A stretch of 63,778 bases of DNA, counting the filler, from Collodictyon triciliatum (lineage: Eukaryota): NCBI GenBank assembly GCA_043381765.1. It is 17 parts of 17 records of this genome, joined end to end, with 100 filler letters (N's around TTAATTAATTAA, not from the genome) between each part and the next. Parts side by side here need not be neighbours in the genome. Positions count along the whole stretch, not along the records: positions 1 to 3,769 come from JBHJMP010006910.1; positions 3,870 to 7,636 come from JBHJMP010006911.1; positions 7,737 to 11,503 come from JBHJMP010006912.1; positions 11,604 to 15,368 come from JBHJMP010006913.1; 13 more parts are not named here. One strand, given 5' to 3'. Positions 1 to 13,665 of this stretch are shown one piece after another (positions within the stretch are counted from its first letter, which is position 1; each line of letters opens with the position of its first letter). The notes under the pieces were generated by a model, which ran no database searches, was not told where the DNA came from, and saw nothing but the letters and a program-made list of their open reading frames with translations. Both the position numbers and the translations under genes were made by a program.

Positions 1-117
1 TTTACTTTACTTTACTTTACTTTACTTTACTTTACTTTACTTTACTTTACTTTACTTTACTTTACTTTACTTTACTTTACTTTACTTTACTTTACTTCAC
101 TTTACTTTACTTTACTT
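1..117. repeat. (TTTAC)n microsatellite
   Basis: Tandem pentamer at the start of the window. Confidence 0.97.
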
Positions 118-161
118 GATGCACCCACTCAAGTCTGCATTTCAATCGAATCGATTTTAAG

Positions 162-3100
162 GCAAAAGCCAGAGTCGACTTCCCAAGTCAGCGAGGTACA
201 TGCTTCTCTGGGTTCTACCATGACATCGTCTACCCTAACACCCGGCGCATCTCCTCCCGGGTAATACGAATGCTTAAAATTTATCTATTATCATATTGGA
301 CGAAATCTCTACCATCCTGCATAAAATTGAAAGGAAGAATAAAAAAATAATCATATTGGATGAAATTGAGGATAAAGAAAACAACAAAAAACAACAAAAA
401 ACAACAAAAAAACAACAAAAAACAACAAAAAAACAACAAAAAAACAACAAAAAAACAACAAAAAAACAACAAAAAACAACAAAAACAACAAAAAACAACA
501 AAAAACAACAAAAAACAACAAAAAACAACAAAAAACAACAAAAAACAACAAAAAACAACAAAAAAACAACAAAACAGTACATGCACCCAATTTTTTTAAA
601 CAGTAGAATCGGTATCATATCATCCTAACAAAATGGAACTTTATTTAATACTGATTTTCATTCTCACCCTCCTTTTTTTTTTCTCGCAGGAGCTACACTA
701 CTACCTCGCCAGTATCTCAGGTACTTTCACCAAGGTCGCAAGTTGCCCCGATGACTGAAAAGGAAAAGTTAGCTTCGATGTTATTCAGTGGAATCGATGG
801 TATGTCTTTCGTGCACCGTAAATAACCTTACAGGACACCCCACCCCCTCCTCTCTGCACTATTCCTGATTTTAATATATTTTCTTTAGATTCAAGACCAA
901 AACTTTCCTAGTTACACTTTTTGAATGGACTAGTATTTTTTTCTTTCGTTACTCTTTTGATTGCTTTTTTTTTTTTTAGGGAGCTCCAAGCCAGAACGAG
1001 CAAATCGAAAATCAAGGCATTCGGCTCTGGCTGCCAAGGTAGTCCATGGAACATTCATACCAATAATATATAACTGTGTAATGCAACATATAATACACAA
1101 TTGAAAAAAAAAAAGAAGAGAAATGAAAGAAATGAAAGAAATGAAAGAAATGAAAGAAATGAAAGAAATGAAAGAAATGAAAGAAATGAAAGAAATGAAA
1201 GAAATGAAAGAAATGAAAGAAATGATTGTAAAATGAATGTAAAATGAATAAAAACACATTACACAATTTGAAATGATGAGGCGGGAGTCATATTGAATTC
1301 GTACATCTTTATGTGCCAGACCTCTTCGAATGTGTCATCCAATACTGGAACTCCAACCTATTCCGCCGTTAACAGAACTAGTAACATTCTTGATGATTTC
1401 GACTTGTTGGATATTTCTGCGTCATCAGCCTCCACACCGACCATCAGCCAAAGTAAACCTCTCGTTCAAGCATCGTACTCTTCGCAATCACCCTCATCAA
1501 ATCCAACGGATCTTCTTTCCATCGATTTGCTGTCTTTCGATTCCGCCCCACCAGTGAAGCCTGCAGGTATAATCTCATCACAGCCTAACTAACATCACAT
1601 TCTTGGCGGAATCTTATCGTCTTTAAAAAACTAAATTTGTAACTTTTGGTAACCAGCTGCTGAATGTGAAACGTAAGAATATGCTCACTTCCTCTCCTCT
1701 CTGAGGCTCAGTAGACAAATAGTCTTCTTTTTTTTTTTTTTTTAATTAATCATTGACTTTTAGCAGTATATCCTGGCCTTTCTGCTCCGATCCAACCAAC
1801 CGTACGATAATTTCTATATCGCCCTTAACCTCACAATACATATAATCTCAAAATACAACTTCAAGAAAAGTAGAATGATACTGTGTTTGAATGACACGAA
1901 CATTTATTGCGAAAAGGGGTCTCCTCTATTGCAGCAAGGTCTATTCCAGAATGTTTTGCAGCCTACTATGGCCCCATCTCCGAGAGGCCAGATGCAACAA
2001 TCGAATATCATGGAAAATCTTTCTTTCCAATTCACTGTTCCAAAATCCACACTGGAACGACTTGCGCCACAAATCCGCGAGGAGGTCTTTCTTTGAAAAG
2101 AAAAAAATATTTTCTTTATTCCTAAGTTCTTAAAGTTTATATTTATTCTCATGTCAAAATCTCCACCACCCTGCACAAAATTGATAGGAAGAATTAAAAA
2201 AAATATTTATTCTCATATTTTCTTTTGTTATACTCTGTTGCCATCGCAAGATTATATCTGTCAAGCCCACGCCCGAGCCAATCACTCTTCAATCCGACTC
2301 GGTAGTTGTTGTTCAGGGTTTCAAGGTCACTAGAGTAAGTTCTTTTCTTTTGTAATATTTTATTAAATCTTTCATTTTATTGCTCATAATTTAACAGTTT
2401 CACATTCAAAATGCACTAACCTTATTCGATAGCCGGACCACGTGATGTTATGTTTTGTTTACCAAGTGCAAGGAGCTAACCGTATTGGGACAATGTCATC
2501 TCGTTTGGAAGCCACCTCGAGCATCACTGTGCATACTATTCCACCACATCATTTAGACTTTACTATCCATCAATTCGATTTATTTGTTTCCTTTTTGTTG
2601 AGGAAGCTTACAATTATAATTCATCCAGGTTGCCGAAAAGTATTCAATGCCCTCCTTGCCACCAGGCTATCCGTCATGGGTTAACGTTACGAGCGACCAT
2701 CTGGTTTGTGGGTTTATTGGATGACATTTTCCAATATTTCCTTCTTCTTTTTTTTTTTTTATTCGCAAAAACTCGATGTATATGTATATATTTTCTTTCT
2801 GACTGTTCTTTAACAATTTAACAGATTTGTGATATCATCCGATTGAAATTCAAAGAAGCAACAAATGCTGCAGTGGTTCGTAAAAATTTGACACCTTGTG
2901 TATCATCATTCTTGTTGCGCTATGTTCGCTTATCAAATATATTTTGGTATATCATGTATGCTATAAAATATCGTCCTTTTTAAACTGAACTGTAGTCGGG
3001 CAAGATTTCCTATTCCTTCGACAATCCGCAAAATCTCACAACGTTGAGCTTCGAACTTCCTCTGCTTGTATCTGACTTTATACGGTACGTATTTGCATGT

Positions 3101-3585
3101 ATCATAGATTTATCGGTTTAAATTTGGAAAGGAACACACGATTTTTTTTTCAATTTATGGATATCACCAACATCTTGATAAGTTGAGTGCATTAAATTCG
3201 CTATTATCTTTACTCTATTTAGTCCATTGCAAATGACGACCGAAAGCTTCGGACAAAAGTGGGGACAACACGAATTTGAAAAGAAAGTTCGGGTATGAAG
3301 ATTAACTCGTTGACTTTTTGATTGTAGACGACCATTGCGTCTATTCAAACGAGATGACAGATTTATTGTTACTATTGTTTGATATGATACTGACTTTTAT
3401 TCACCTCTCGACTCGATGTCAAGCGCACAGATCATGGACGAAAGTTATCATGATAACAAAAGACATATTTACCTCATTTTTATTTGGCCTAATACTACAG
3501 ATTAACGGTGTCTCTGTGTCCACCCCTCAAGAATATCTCTCTGTGCTTGAAAAGAATCTCAACATATTCCCAGTGCACGTCATTG
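162..3585 (+). CDS. AP4E1: AP-4 complex subunit epsilon, hinge and C-terminal appendage (multi-exon, partial at both ends)
   Basis: GT-AG exons give ...MTEKEKLASMLFSGID..., a Ser-rich hinge with DLLD/DLLS motifs, and LSFELPLLVSDFIR|PLQMTTESFGQKWGQHEFEKKVR|INGVSVSTPQEYLSVLEKNLNIFPVHVIG. This matches the recalled AP4E platform motif (DFIRPLKISSDDFGKLW...LRLHIIEIIG). Confidence 0.85.
380..575. repeat. Intronic (CAACAAAAAA)-like imperfect tandem repeat
   Basis: Seen directly. It generates the spurious F/V/C-rich and K/Q/T-rich ORFs at 274-628. Confidence 0.95.
1120..1224. repeat. Intronic (GAAATGAAA)n repeat
   Basis: Tandem 9-mer. Confidence 0.95.
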
Positions 3586-3631
3586 GTAGTCTAGAAGTTA
3601 TTTATATCACCATATCACAATATATCATCAT

Positions 3632-3769
3632 ATCACAACACATCACAACACATCACAACACATCACAACACATCACAACACATCACAACACATCACAACA
3701 CATCACAACACATCACAACACATCACAACACATCACAACACATCACAACACATCATAACACATCACAAC
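3632..3769. repeat. (CATCACAACA)n repeat at contig end
   Basis: Tandem 10-mer running into the linker. Confidence 0.95.
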
Positions 3770-3869
3770 NNNNNNNNNNNNNNNNNNNNNNNNNNNNNNN
3801 NNNNNNNNNNNNNTTAATTAATTAANNNNNNNNNNNNNNNNNNNNNNNNNNNNNNNNNNNNNNNNNNNN
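3770..3869. other. Artificial contig-joining linker (first of 16)
   Basis: N44-TTAATTAATTAA-N44, with stops in all six frames. Identical 100-bp linkers start at 3770, 7637, 11504, 15369, 19235, 23100, 26965, 30829, 34705, 38567, 42428, 46289, 50148, 54007, 57866 and 61724. The intervening contigs are 3758-3776 bp. Confidence 0.99.
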
Positions 3870-4930
3870 TCGACCCAATCTCAAGATGGTATGAATATCA
3901 CTATGTTGAAAGCTTCTCATGAGAGGTCCTATTATAAGAAACTATCAAAAAAAAAAATGGACGCATTTTCTGATTGATTAAATGATTTTATATTTATGCA
4001 TTTTGAATTCTTATTGTAGAATTACATTACTCTACAAAAAAAATTACATGCGAGACTAAAAACGTGTTATTTTAATATTCATATATAAGAGCCACCTTGC
4101 TTAAAATGCCTTTAAATTTCAATATTTTAATCAATTTGGGCATGCTTCAAGCCTAGTATGTGTTTGCTTGTGTAAAATACTGTTGAGCTCGAACAGATAT
4201 ATTGATTTTGAAAATTCATTAGTGAAAAAAAGGACGACGGAATTTAACATCCTTATTTGATGTGATTTCAAAGTATTACCATTCACTGTTATCTTCTAAT
4301 TTTGTAGTTTGCTTTTTATTTAAAATCATAACGGAAGAATCTAACATAAAATGGTTATGAATAAAGTGTGATATGATCAATCTGATTTTAAAATAGAATT
4401 TTTCGGAAAATTTGAGTAATATATAAATGATTATATTTTAGTATAATATAACGGTTATACAGCCTCCAATTATTAAATGAAGTTAACTTTATTTAAACTC
4501 TGATGAAATCTTGAACAAAATTCAGAAAGATAAATTAAAACCTTAATTCCATTTTCTTTTGAATCTTGAATTTTTAATGACGAGCAAATCCATGATCCTG
4601 TTCCTGTAATATAAAATCATTTATCTATAATTGCACAATTTGATTTAGATCTTTTATGATAAAACATGTCAATATCTATATAGGATACTCAGATAAAGAT
4701 ATAAAGGACCACGAAATTACTAGTTGAAATGGACATGGTGTTGCTTTGAATGTTTCTTTATGTATTCTTACACCAGAATTCTAATTTATTTGATTTCAGA
4801 TGTTTTTAATTTTAGAAAGAACCTTAAAAATAATAATAAAAATTAAAAATCTCACATAAGTATGGTGTGATTTCAAAAATAAATAATCACTTTCATCATT
4901 AGTTAACATTTTTTTAAAAAACGCTGGACT

Positions 4931-7636
4931 ATGGATGAAAAATCGAGCCTTTACGTTGTCAGAGTCACAATAGGTAGCATTACAAAAACTAAATCACAAA
5001 TGAATTCGCAGTCTAAAGTTTTATTTTTCTTCGTCAGAATCTCACAATATAATAAATAGGGATAATCATTATAATTCAGATTATATCATGTGTGTGTGTC
5101 AAGTGTCCTCGATTTACACGGCTGGAACAGGTCATATTCACGCTGTTTGGAGTGTTGCGGTATCTCCTGATGGTTCAAAAATTGCCTCTGGTAGTCAAGA
5201 TTCTACTGTCAAAATTTGGAATCTTTCAGATGGAGCTTTGCTTCAGACAATAATCGGTCATACTAATAGGGTATGGAGTGTTGCTTTTACTTCTGATGGC
5301 TCGAAAGTTGTTTCTGGAAGTGCTGACTTTACTATTAAAATTTGGAACATATTTGACGGATCATTGACCCAGACGTTGGGAGCAGGTACTTATACCTATA
5401 GTGTTGCTACTACCCCTGATTGTTCAAAAGTTGTTTCAGGAGGTTATGATAATAATGTTCAGATTTGGAATCTTCCTGATGGAGCTATTATTCACACATT
5501 GATGGGACATACAAATAGTGTAGTAAGTGTTTCGATTTCTCCTGATGGTTCAAAAATTGTTTCTGGAGGCAACGACTTCACTGTCAAAATCTGGAATATT
5601 TATGATGGAGCTTTTATTCGAACATTGGGTGGTCACACAAGCATCGTTCGTTGCGTTGCTGTTACTCCTGATGGCTCTAAAATTATTTCAGGGAGCTATG
5701 ATAGAACAGTGAAAATCTGGAATATTTCTGATGGAGCTTTGATTCGCACTTTGACTGGTCATACGAGTGGCCTTTTTAGCCTAGCTGTCACTCGTGATAG
5801 CTTGAAAATTGTTTCTGGAAGTTGGGATACGACAATCAAGATATGGAATATTTCTGATGGAAATCTAATTCGCACCTTAAACGCCCATAATCCCGTTTTA
5901 AGTGTTTCCGTTAATGCTGAGGGGTCAAATATTGTTTCTGGAAGCCAAGATAGGATTGTACGGCTTTGGAATCTCTCTGACGGAAGCCCAATATACTCTA
6001 GAGGCTCGAGAGTTACTTCCATCGTGACATCCTCTCCAAAATCGATATCTATTACAGGGCATTCAGACAACATCATCAGAGTTTGGAATCTGTCGAATGG
6101 AAATTTCATTCGTTCGATGGCTGGTCATTCTGATATTGTAAATGCATTGATACTCATTGCTGATAACTCTAAAGTCATATCTGGAAGCTCAGATAAAACA
6201 ATCAAGTTATGGAATGTCGATGATGGTTCTTTGATTCAATCATTTCAAGTCCATACGGAATCAGTGAACTGTGTCGCCATTACAAATAATGAAAAGATAC
6301 TAGTTTCTGGTAGCAGCGATAAGACAATAAAAATTACAAGAATATCTGGCGGAAATATCATTCGCACATTAAATGGGCACACTGGAATCATCACAAGTGT
6401 AGCTTTAACTCCTGATGGCTCAAAGATTGTTTCTGGAAGTTCCGATAAAACCATCAAAGTCTGGAATTTTAATGACGGAACATCGGTTCAAGATATAAAT
6501 TTTCATGCTGATTCTGTTAATTGTGTTGCTGTAACGCCAGATGGAATGAAAATTGTTTCTGGAAGTAGCGATAGAACAATAAAAGTGACCAGTATTTTGG
6601 ATGGAAGCTTGATTCGCTCTCTCAATGGACACACAGGAATAGCCAAAACAATATCAATCTCTCCGGACGGCTCCAAGATTATCTCTGGAAGCAGTGATAA
6701 TACAATTAGAATTTGGAGTCAATCAAGTGGAATGACAAGTAATATCATGAATGAACATGCAGTTACAATTAATGTAATATCAGTTCTCTCAGATAACTCG
6801 AGATTTTTGTCTGGAAGTGATGACACAACAATTAAGATGTGGAATTTTCCAGATTTCAGCTTGACTTTGACTGTTTCAAGCCACACAAGTTCAGTGAATA
6901 GCGTTGCTTTAAGTCCAGATAAAACAAAAATCGTGTCAGGAAGTAGCGACAACACAATAAAATTTTGGAATTTTGCTGATGGTTCTCTAACGCTATCGAT
7001 AAATGCCCATAAAAATTCTGTCAATAGTATTATTATTTCGGCTGATGAAACAAAAGTCGTGTCAGGAAGCAGTGATAATACCGTGAAAATGTGGAATTAC
7101 TCTGATGGCACTCTGTTAATGACACTTATCGGACATAATGCAGCTGTTCGAAGCGTTGCAATATTACCAGATAATTCTGTGATTGTATCAGGAAGTGATG
7201 ACATGAAATTCAATTTTTGGAAAGTTTCAGATGGAATTTTAATTCGCACCTTATCTGGGCATACGAAAGGAATAAATTCTGTTTTTATCACGCCTGATGA
7301 AACAAAAATTATTTCAGGCAGTGCTGATTTTTCCATAAAGATATGGAATTTTTCAGATGGAGCATTAATAAGAACAATCACTGGCCACGGAAATGCCGTA
7401 AGATGTGGTATTACATCTCCAGATGGAAAAAGAATCATCTCTGGAAGCAGCGACAACACAATCAAAATTTGGAATATGTGGGATGGCGTGTTAATCAGAA
7501 CCCTGAATGGACACACAAGCTCAGTAAATAGCATTTCGATATCACCTGATGGAACGAAATTGCACTCTGGAAGCAGTGATAAATCAGTAAAAATATGGAC
7601 AATGTCAGATGGACGAGAAATTCGAACGCTTTTAAG
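4931..7636 (+). CDS. Multi-propeller WD40-repeat protein, copy A (at least 20 repeats, 3' truncated; probable leader exon 4931-4973)
   Basis: ORF 5088-7636 has 20 consecutive repeats of about 42 aa (GH...SGS.D.T.K.WN). An upstream ATG at 4931 and a phase-1 GT donor at 4974 mirror the paralog at 54107-56618. Confidence 0.93.
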
Positions 7637-7736
7637 NNNNNNNNNNNNNNNNNNNNNNNNNNNNNNNNNNNNNNNNNNNNTTAATTAATTAANNNNNNNN
7701 NNNNNNNNNNNNNNNNNNNNNNNNNNNNNNNNNNNN

Positions 7737-7808
<72 letters not shown>

Positions 7809-7862
7809 CTTGAATGATACGTCGAGTTTCAAAAAATAAAATAACAACTAAAGTGTGGGAAC

Positions 7863-8518
7863 CTAATGTCAAATGCTGTTATTGTCTTGTTGGTGTCCAT
7901 AACATCTCGAATGAATTTTCCACCCTCGGCACCTATGATACAATTCACTCATTTCAAACCGGGAGAGTAGTATGAACATGCGCATAGAGTAGAAAATCTT
8001 CCTTGTAAGACCTTCCAAAGGTGTTTCATTTCTTACCGATATTATTACATGACAAATCAACTGTGGTTAGTGAAGAGTTTGAACGTATTATATTCGAAAA
8101 TGCCTTAGCAGTCTCCAAGCCCTTGGAGTTACGTAAGTTAAGATAACGAAATTTAACTAAGAGATCGAAAACAAGAATATGTCAGCGTTCGATGAGGTCA
8201 TGATAATAGCTTGCACTAAAGATAAATCACTCACGAGTTGGTTACTACTCAGATTTAGAAACTGCAAACTAACGTTTCCCTTTAAACCATCAATAATGTA
8301 CTTGCCACCCTCATCCCCCAAAAGGTTCATTCTCTATCAATCTCTTTAGTTAGTGAAGGTAATATACAAATAACCCCTTAAAGCAGAGACATCGTTGAGC
8401 AATCTCGCGTATTGATATTTAGACCTTATATTATTATATTAGTACCAGATTCAGCGACATCAAGCTGATGTTCGTCTTAAGTGCGTGCCCAAGGGCCTTT
8501 GCTCCGGTGTGATGAACC

Positions 8519-8601
<83 letters not shown>

Positions 8602-10446
8602 ATGCAAGAACAATAACCGGACCTCTATATGAGTTAATGTATTTTTATGTTCAATGTGATGCCAACCGAATTATCTTGCAAGTACAAATGAGTGATAACA
8701 CTGGAGGGCGAGTCTAAAACTTTTGCTAGGGCTCGGGCACCGCGGTCACCAATTTTGTTATGAGACAGATCTAACAAATATGTCATGTCAGTGGAACGAA
8801 GCCCTTCCGGTTTTCTAAATTATACATAATATTTTCATGGCCTTAACTTCGATGCCACACATCTTGAGTAATTTTTCACGGGAATGGCTGAATAATGTGT
8901 ACAAACCTATTTGGGTGAGGGTGGGGTTGTCTAAGAGGCCAGTGGCCAAAACACGCAGTTTATCGTCATCCAACAGGTTATGCGAAAGTATCAATGTGCT
9001 CAGGTTTCCACCAACCGAGACACTATTTCGAAGGCACTGAGCCAAAGTAGCGCAGTCTTCCAAAGACATTCCAAACATAGACCACTCAAAGTTCATGCCA
9101 ACGTCACGTCTCCTAAGAAATATTTTATAAAATAACTTAATGAGTCACTTTTGTTTTGTTTTGTTGTTGTTGTTATTGTAATTGGTCCATGTTAGAAAAA
9201 ATAAGAGTATATATATGCAAGCAGAAATGATGAATAGAATAATTAAATTTCAACCCATAAGTCAGTCCAAGCGTGAGGAGATGGGGTAAATTGTCAAAAA
9301 TCTTTTTCAAATCCCAATGACACAACATCTAAAATTTTCATATAAATAATCAAAGAGCGCATTCACAAGACAAAATGTAAAGAGAATGATGTTTTGTTGA
9401 TCCATCGTACTCTTGATGATAGCATTTATATTTTCATGCTCTCTCTCCTTTTTTTTTTTTTTAAAAAAAAAACCGAAAGGAAAACACGTATATAATACTT
9501 GTTTAAGGACTAGATTGCCGATAAATTTGCTCGAAAGTTTCATCAGCTTGACAAGATTGTACATCATGTCGCCTTCATCATCCGTCCGATTGTCGTATGC
9601 TTCGAGGGCCTCAGCGAGATTCCGCTCCATGTACAGGCGTTTCCAAGAGGAACCGTGCTGGGTTATATCACATGTTCTCCATCTCTCTGTCGCACATCGT
9701 TTCCAATACACCTCATCCTCTATCACTTGTGAGGTTATTTCAAGTGGGACGTTTGTGGGTAAAATAGCAACTATTCGATCCATCACCTTCCTGGGCAGGT
9801 CTTTGACTTTGGGTCTCTCTGTACGAAACATATAAATTGGTTATAATTTATGTGATGCATGCTCTCATATAATGTACAGGCATGATCCTCGCCCATGCTT
9901 CATAATTTTTCTTCAATAGATATTTATCTCAACCTGCAAAGTTTCGGACAACAGCCCGGACGCATATTTCCTCTAGAGAAGGAACAACGGCAACTGCTGT
10001 GTGAACGACACTGATTTTGATTGGTCTCTCTATTTGGATAGGTTGCACAGGCGTAGATGGGTTTGCAAATGCTTGTTGCTGTATTTGGGAGAATAAGGAG
10101 CCGTCTTGAAGGTCATCAGAACCTTGTGGCTGCATATGTTTACAAGTAAATCGGATCAGTGTGCCCTTTTGATGAGCAGTTTCTTTTGATGGCGGAACAA
10201 CTTAAAATTAAATATATATAACAGATAAGGAGGAGTAGGAGGTAGGAATCGTGAGACTCTTTGAAGGTTAGATTGTATCTATGATGTTTCGATGATGATC
10301 TAAGGACCATGTTGGCTTGGCTAGTGATGGAAGGAGATGCGTCGTTGAATTCTCTGTCCACACCAAGCCCATTTCCAGAGTTCTCTATTATGTTATTGTG
10401 AAGCAAAGTCAAACAAGATAATGTCGGCTGGAATATTCTTCTTTGA

Positions 10447-10478
<32 letters not shown>

Positions 10479-10995
10479 TAAAAAGGAACCAAAGAATCAA
10501 AACAAAAAGCCACATATCAAGCCGAATGATATGAACACTTTTGTCTACTTTGGATGTAAATGCTTTTGTGGATGACTCTTACCAGAAACAGGATCAACGT
10601 TCTATATTAGTTGAGTACAAGAAGCATACCGAATGAATGCATATATTATTATTGAATAAAATGAAAGTTTTAATAGTTAATATTAGAATATGGTCGTATA
10701 GAAGGAAAAAAAAAAAAAGAGAGTAAAATACAAGTTCATATAATATCATAAAAAAAGAGGAGGAACCAAAATGCGAATATGATCGTGACGACGCACGGAA
10801 GGAATACTTATTCGTTTGTTGTCATATTATTGTATTATCATGCACGTGAAGAGTACTCACAGCCTCTGCAGTGGCTTCGAGTGACGCCTGCACGGGTGTC
10901 TGGGCTTCGCCAGTCAGTGCTGAATTAGGGTCTAAAGCCTCGACCCCGGAGTCAATGGCCGGGGCACCAGCTTCGTTTGTGCTGATTTCGGACAT
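7863..10995 (-). CDS. TCTE1: Dynein regulatory complex subunit 5 / TCTE1 LRR protein (multi-exon, 3' partial)
   Basis: Exons give VPSLEEICVRAVVRNF, LPTNVPLEITSQVIEDEVYWKRC...HGSSWKRLYMERNL and VGMNFEWSMFGMSLEDC, followed by RNI-like LRRs (LSHNLLDDDKLRVLATGLLDNPTLTQIDLSHNKIGDRGARALAK). The start ATG at 10995 is inferred from spliceable upstream exons. Confidence 0.9.
8520..8603. repeat. Intronic (AAAT)n
   Basis: Tandem tetramer. Confidence 0.95.
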
Positions 10996-11146
10996 CGCAA
11001 GACGGAGGGCTGAAAATAAGCTTTGTCGGCGTGGGTGTTCTGAACGCGGACTCAGGGTAAGTGAAGTAGAATAAGCCGAGGTAGTGTAAACATGAATGTA
11101 AACATAAGATCATGTTAGAAAAAAAGGGGGGTGACAGATATGAAGA

Positions 11147-11243
11147 GAAGAGGAAAGAGGAAAGAGGAAAGAGGAAAGAGGAAAGAGGAAAGAGGAAAGA
11201 GGAAAGAGGAAAGAGGAAAGAGGAAAGAGGAAAGAGGAAAGAG
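11147..11243. repeat. (GAGGAAA)n repeat
   Basis: Tandem 7-mer. Confidence 0.93.
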
Positions 11244-11399
11244 AAAGAGGAAGGATAGAGAGAAAAGAGAAAAACATCAGGAAGTATTGATTAATCGCTT
11301 ATATTTACTTCCGTATTTTTTGTCCTTTCTGTTTTTATAGTTTCTTTACTGTTTCTTTGCTTGTTTCTTTGTTTCTTTATTTCTTAATTTATTTGTTTG

Positions 11400-11502
<103 letters not shown>

Positions 11503-13665
11503 TNNNNNNNNNNNNNNNNNNNNNNNNNNNNNNNNNNNNNNNNNNNNTTAATTAATTAANNNNNNNNNNNNNNNNNNNNNNNNNNNNNNNNNNNNNNNNN
11601 NNNCGCTAGCAACTGATTGTCTGGTTTCCACCTGAGTTGGCTTTTGTTTGTTAGCCTGTTTTCGTTTGCCTGTAGATACCTCGGGGTTAGGAGGCGTGTC
11701 TTTAGTTGTAACCGGGGTTGGGGCTGGGCTCTTATATCCTTTCGGACGAATACTTGCTCTAGAGGGGTACCATCCGACCATCTTGTGCTCTTCGTTGGTT
11801 GGGCTCGTCTGCGTGTATCGGTAAAATGAGGATTTACAAAGATAGCTTCGGCCAACCTGGACTAATAAGTTTCTTAGATGAGCACAATACTATTGATAGA
11901 AATTTATGCTCTGCAATCGAGATGGCAAGACGAATCCCTGCACATAACTGGCTAAGGACACGATACTTTCCGATATATTGTTCTTGGTTGAAAACCTGGT
12001 AGTCGAGCTCTAGGGAGGGTTTTTCTTCAGGAGCGGCCAGGGTCGCAGATCGGAAAGATCCTCTCTCTCTTTGATTAAGTAGTGTTTGCTACTTGATCGG
12101 TTTAAACAACTTTTGAACTACCAGGCGCACTTATCTCGTCCCTTTGTATGGCAAAACCGTGCTGCGCTTTGAATCGAATTAAAAAACAATTTTTTTTTAA
12201 TTATTTCAGATATCCTTAGTTACGGATAGAGTAATTTTAATGCTTTCTCAGTGGAATCTAACAAAAGCTCTTTATAGTAGCACCTGACGAACTAGCCAAA
12301 TGGCTCATTTTTCCCTATCTCATCGCGCAGAAGTCTTTGCGCTCGCAAATTTTAGGTCATATACAAGCTATATTGTGAGATTTGTTCGTTTCATTTTTAT
12401 AAGGAATATTTTTTTATTTATTTATATCATATATTGAATTATCTCAATACATAGAAAAGTCCATAATTAACATATTCAACACACATTTTACAAGACAGTG
12501 GAATCTTTAGGCCAGAGTTCACAAGCATTCTGATAGTAGAACAGTGTAGATCTGATCAAAATTTATCATACAAAAAATTTGGTATGTTTACTTCTAAAAC
12601 AAAAAAAAAATAAATTAGAATAATAAATTTCATGACAGATAATTGATCACATGTTTGATACTCAACAATAGAACACAAAATACGCACACACTGAGTTTCA
12701 ATTCATCTAGCAAAAATATAACAAAATGAGAATCAAACAAACATTCTGTGCCAATGCCCTTTTTTTCGATGAATGGTTCAACCTGGCTACTTCATGGACC
12801 AGCTGAAAAAACGCATTATTTTATTCAATATACCATACTAAGCATTGATTATTCATTTTGAATCAGAAAATGTTCAAACTAAAGTCATGGAAAAATTCTG
12901 ATACAGTTGAAAATGGAAGGGAGAAAAGACAAAATTCGTGGGAAAGGGAACTGTTTCGATCTACTACTTGGAGGAGGGGGGAGGGGTAGTGGATCGGCGG
13001 CTCCTAGTTTTCCCGATGGCCTGAAGTAAAGGTCTAAGAACGTACGGTGAGAGTGTTGTGTGTGTTGTGTGTGGAAGTAAGTATGTCTTTGTCTAATCAT
13101 TCAAAAAATACCAAAAATTGAGAAAGCTATAATTTTCAAATCTAAGAGACTGGGAAATGACTTTCTTGCGGCTCCTACAAATTCAAGGTACATATGACTT
13201 TATGATTAATGGCTCACACAAGAAATTGTAATGGATACCTAGATTCCAGATTAATTTTTCTATATTATGCAGACTCAAGAATCATTTAGTGATATTTGTT
13301 GGTTTGGATCGGAAGAACATGCATCTACGCTACAATTCCGCGTTGACAGCAGCCAATTAGTAATCTAGATGTTTTGCAGAGAAAAATTAATGCTTTTGTT
13401 CGTATATTGACCCCACTTAAAACAGTCGCAGTCCTTTATGTTAGGAGTTTCCCTTGGCAGTAAAGCAACTTCATATGATACACGCTTCTAGATTTTCATA
13501 CATTTTATGAAAAGTATAAATATTACAATAGAGACCAGAAAAAGCCTAACTTGTGCCTCCGTCACGCCGTCCGAATTCGTATCAGTAATCATATTTAATT
13601 ATGTATATAATCGTAATTTTAGCAGAAATCGTTTAGAGAGCAGGCTAACGGTATTATTAATGCCA

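Noticed and set aside
274-1266. Low-complexity ORFs in the supplied track (also at 11131, 27720, 31942, 35270, 49808 and elsewhere)
   Set aside because: They are translations of intronic or terminal microsatellites, or of their antisense strands.
5759-7534. Antisense ORFs over the WD40 genes (also 54204-56413)
   Set aside because: They are shadow frames of the repetitive sense ORF with no independent coding signal.
5088-7636. Bacterial (cyanobacterial-type) WD40 contaminant
   Set aside because: The paralog has a canonical spliceosomal intron in its leader, and both copies have more than 1 kb of non-coding AT-rich upstream DNA.
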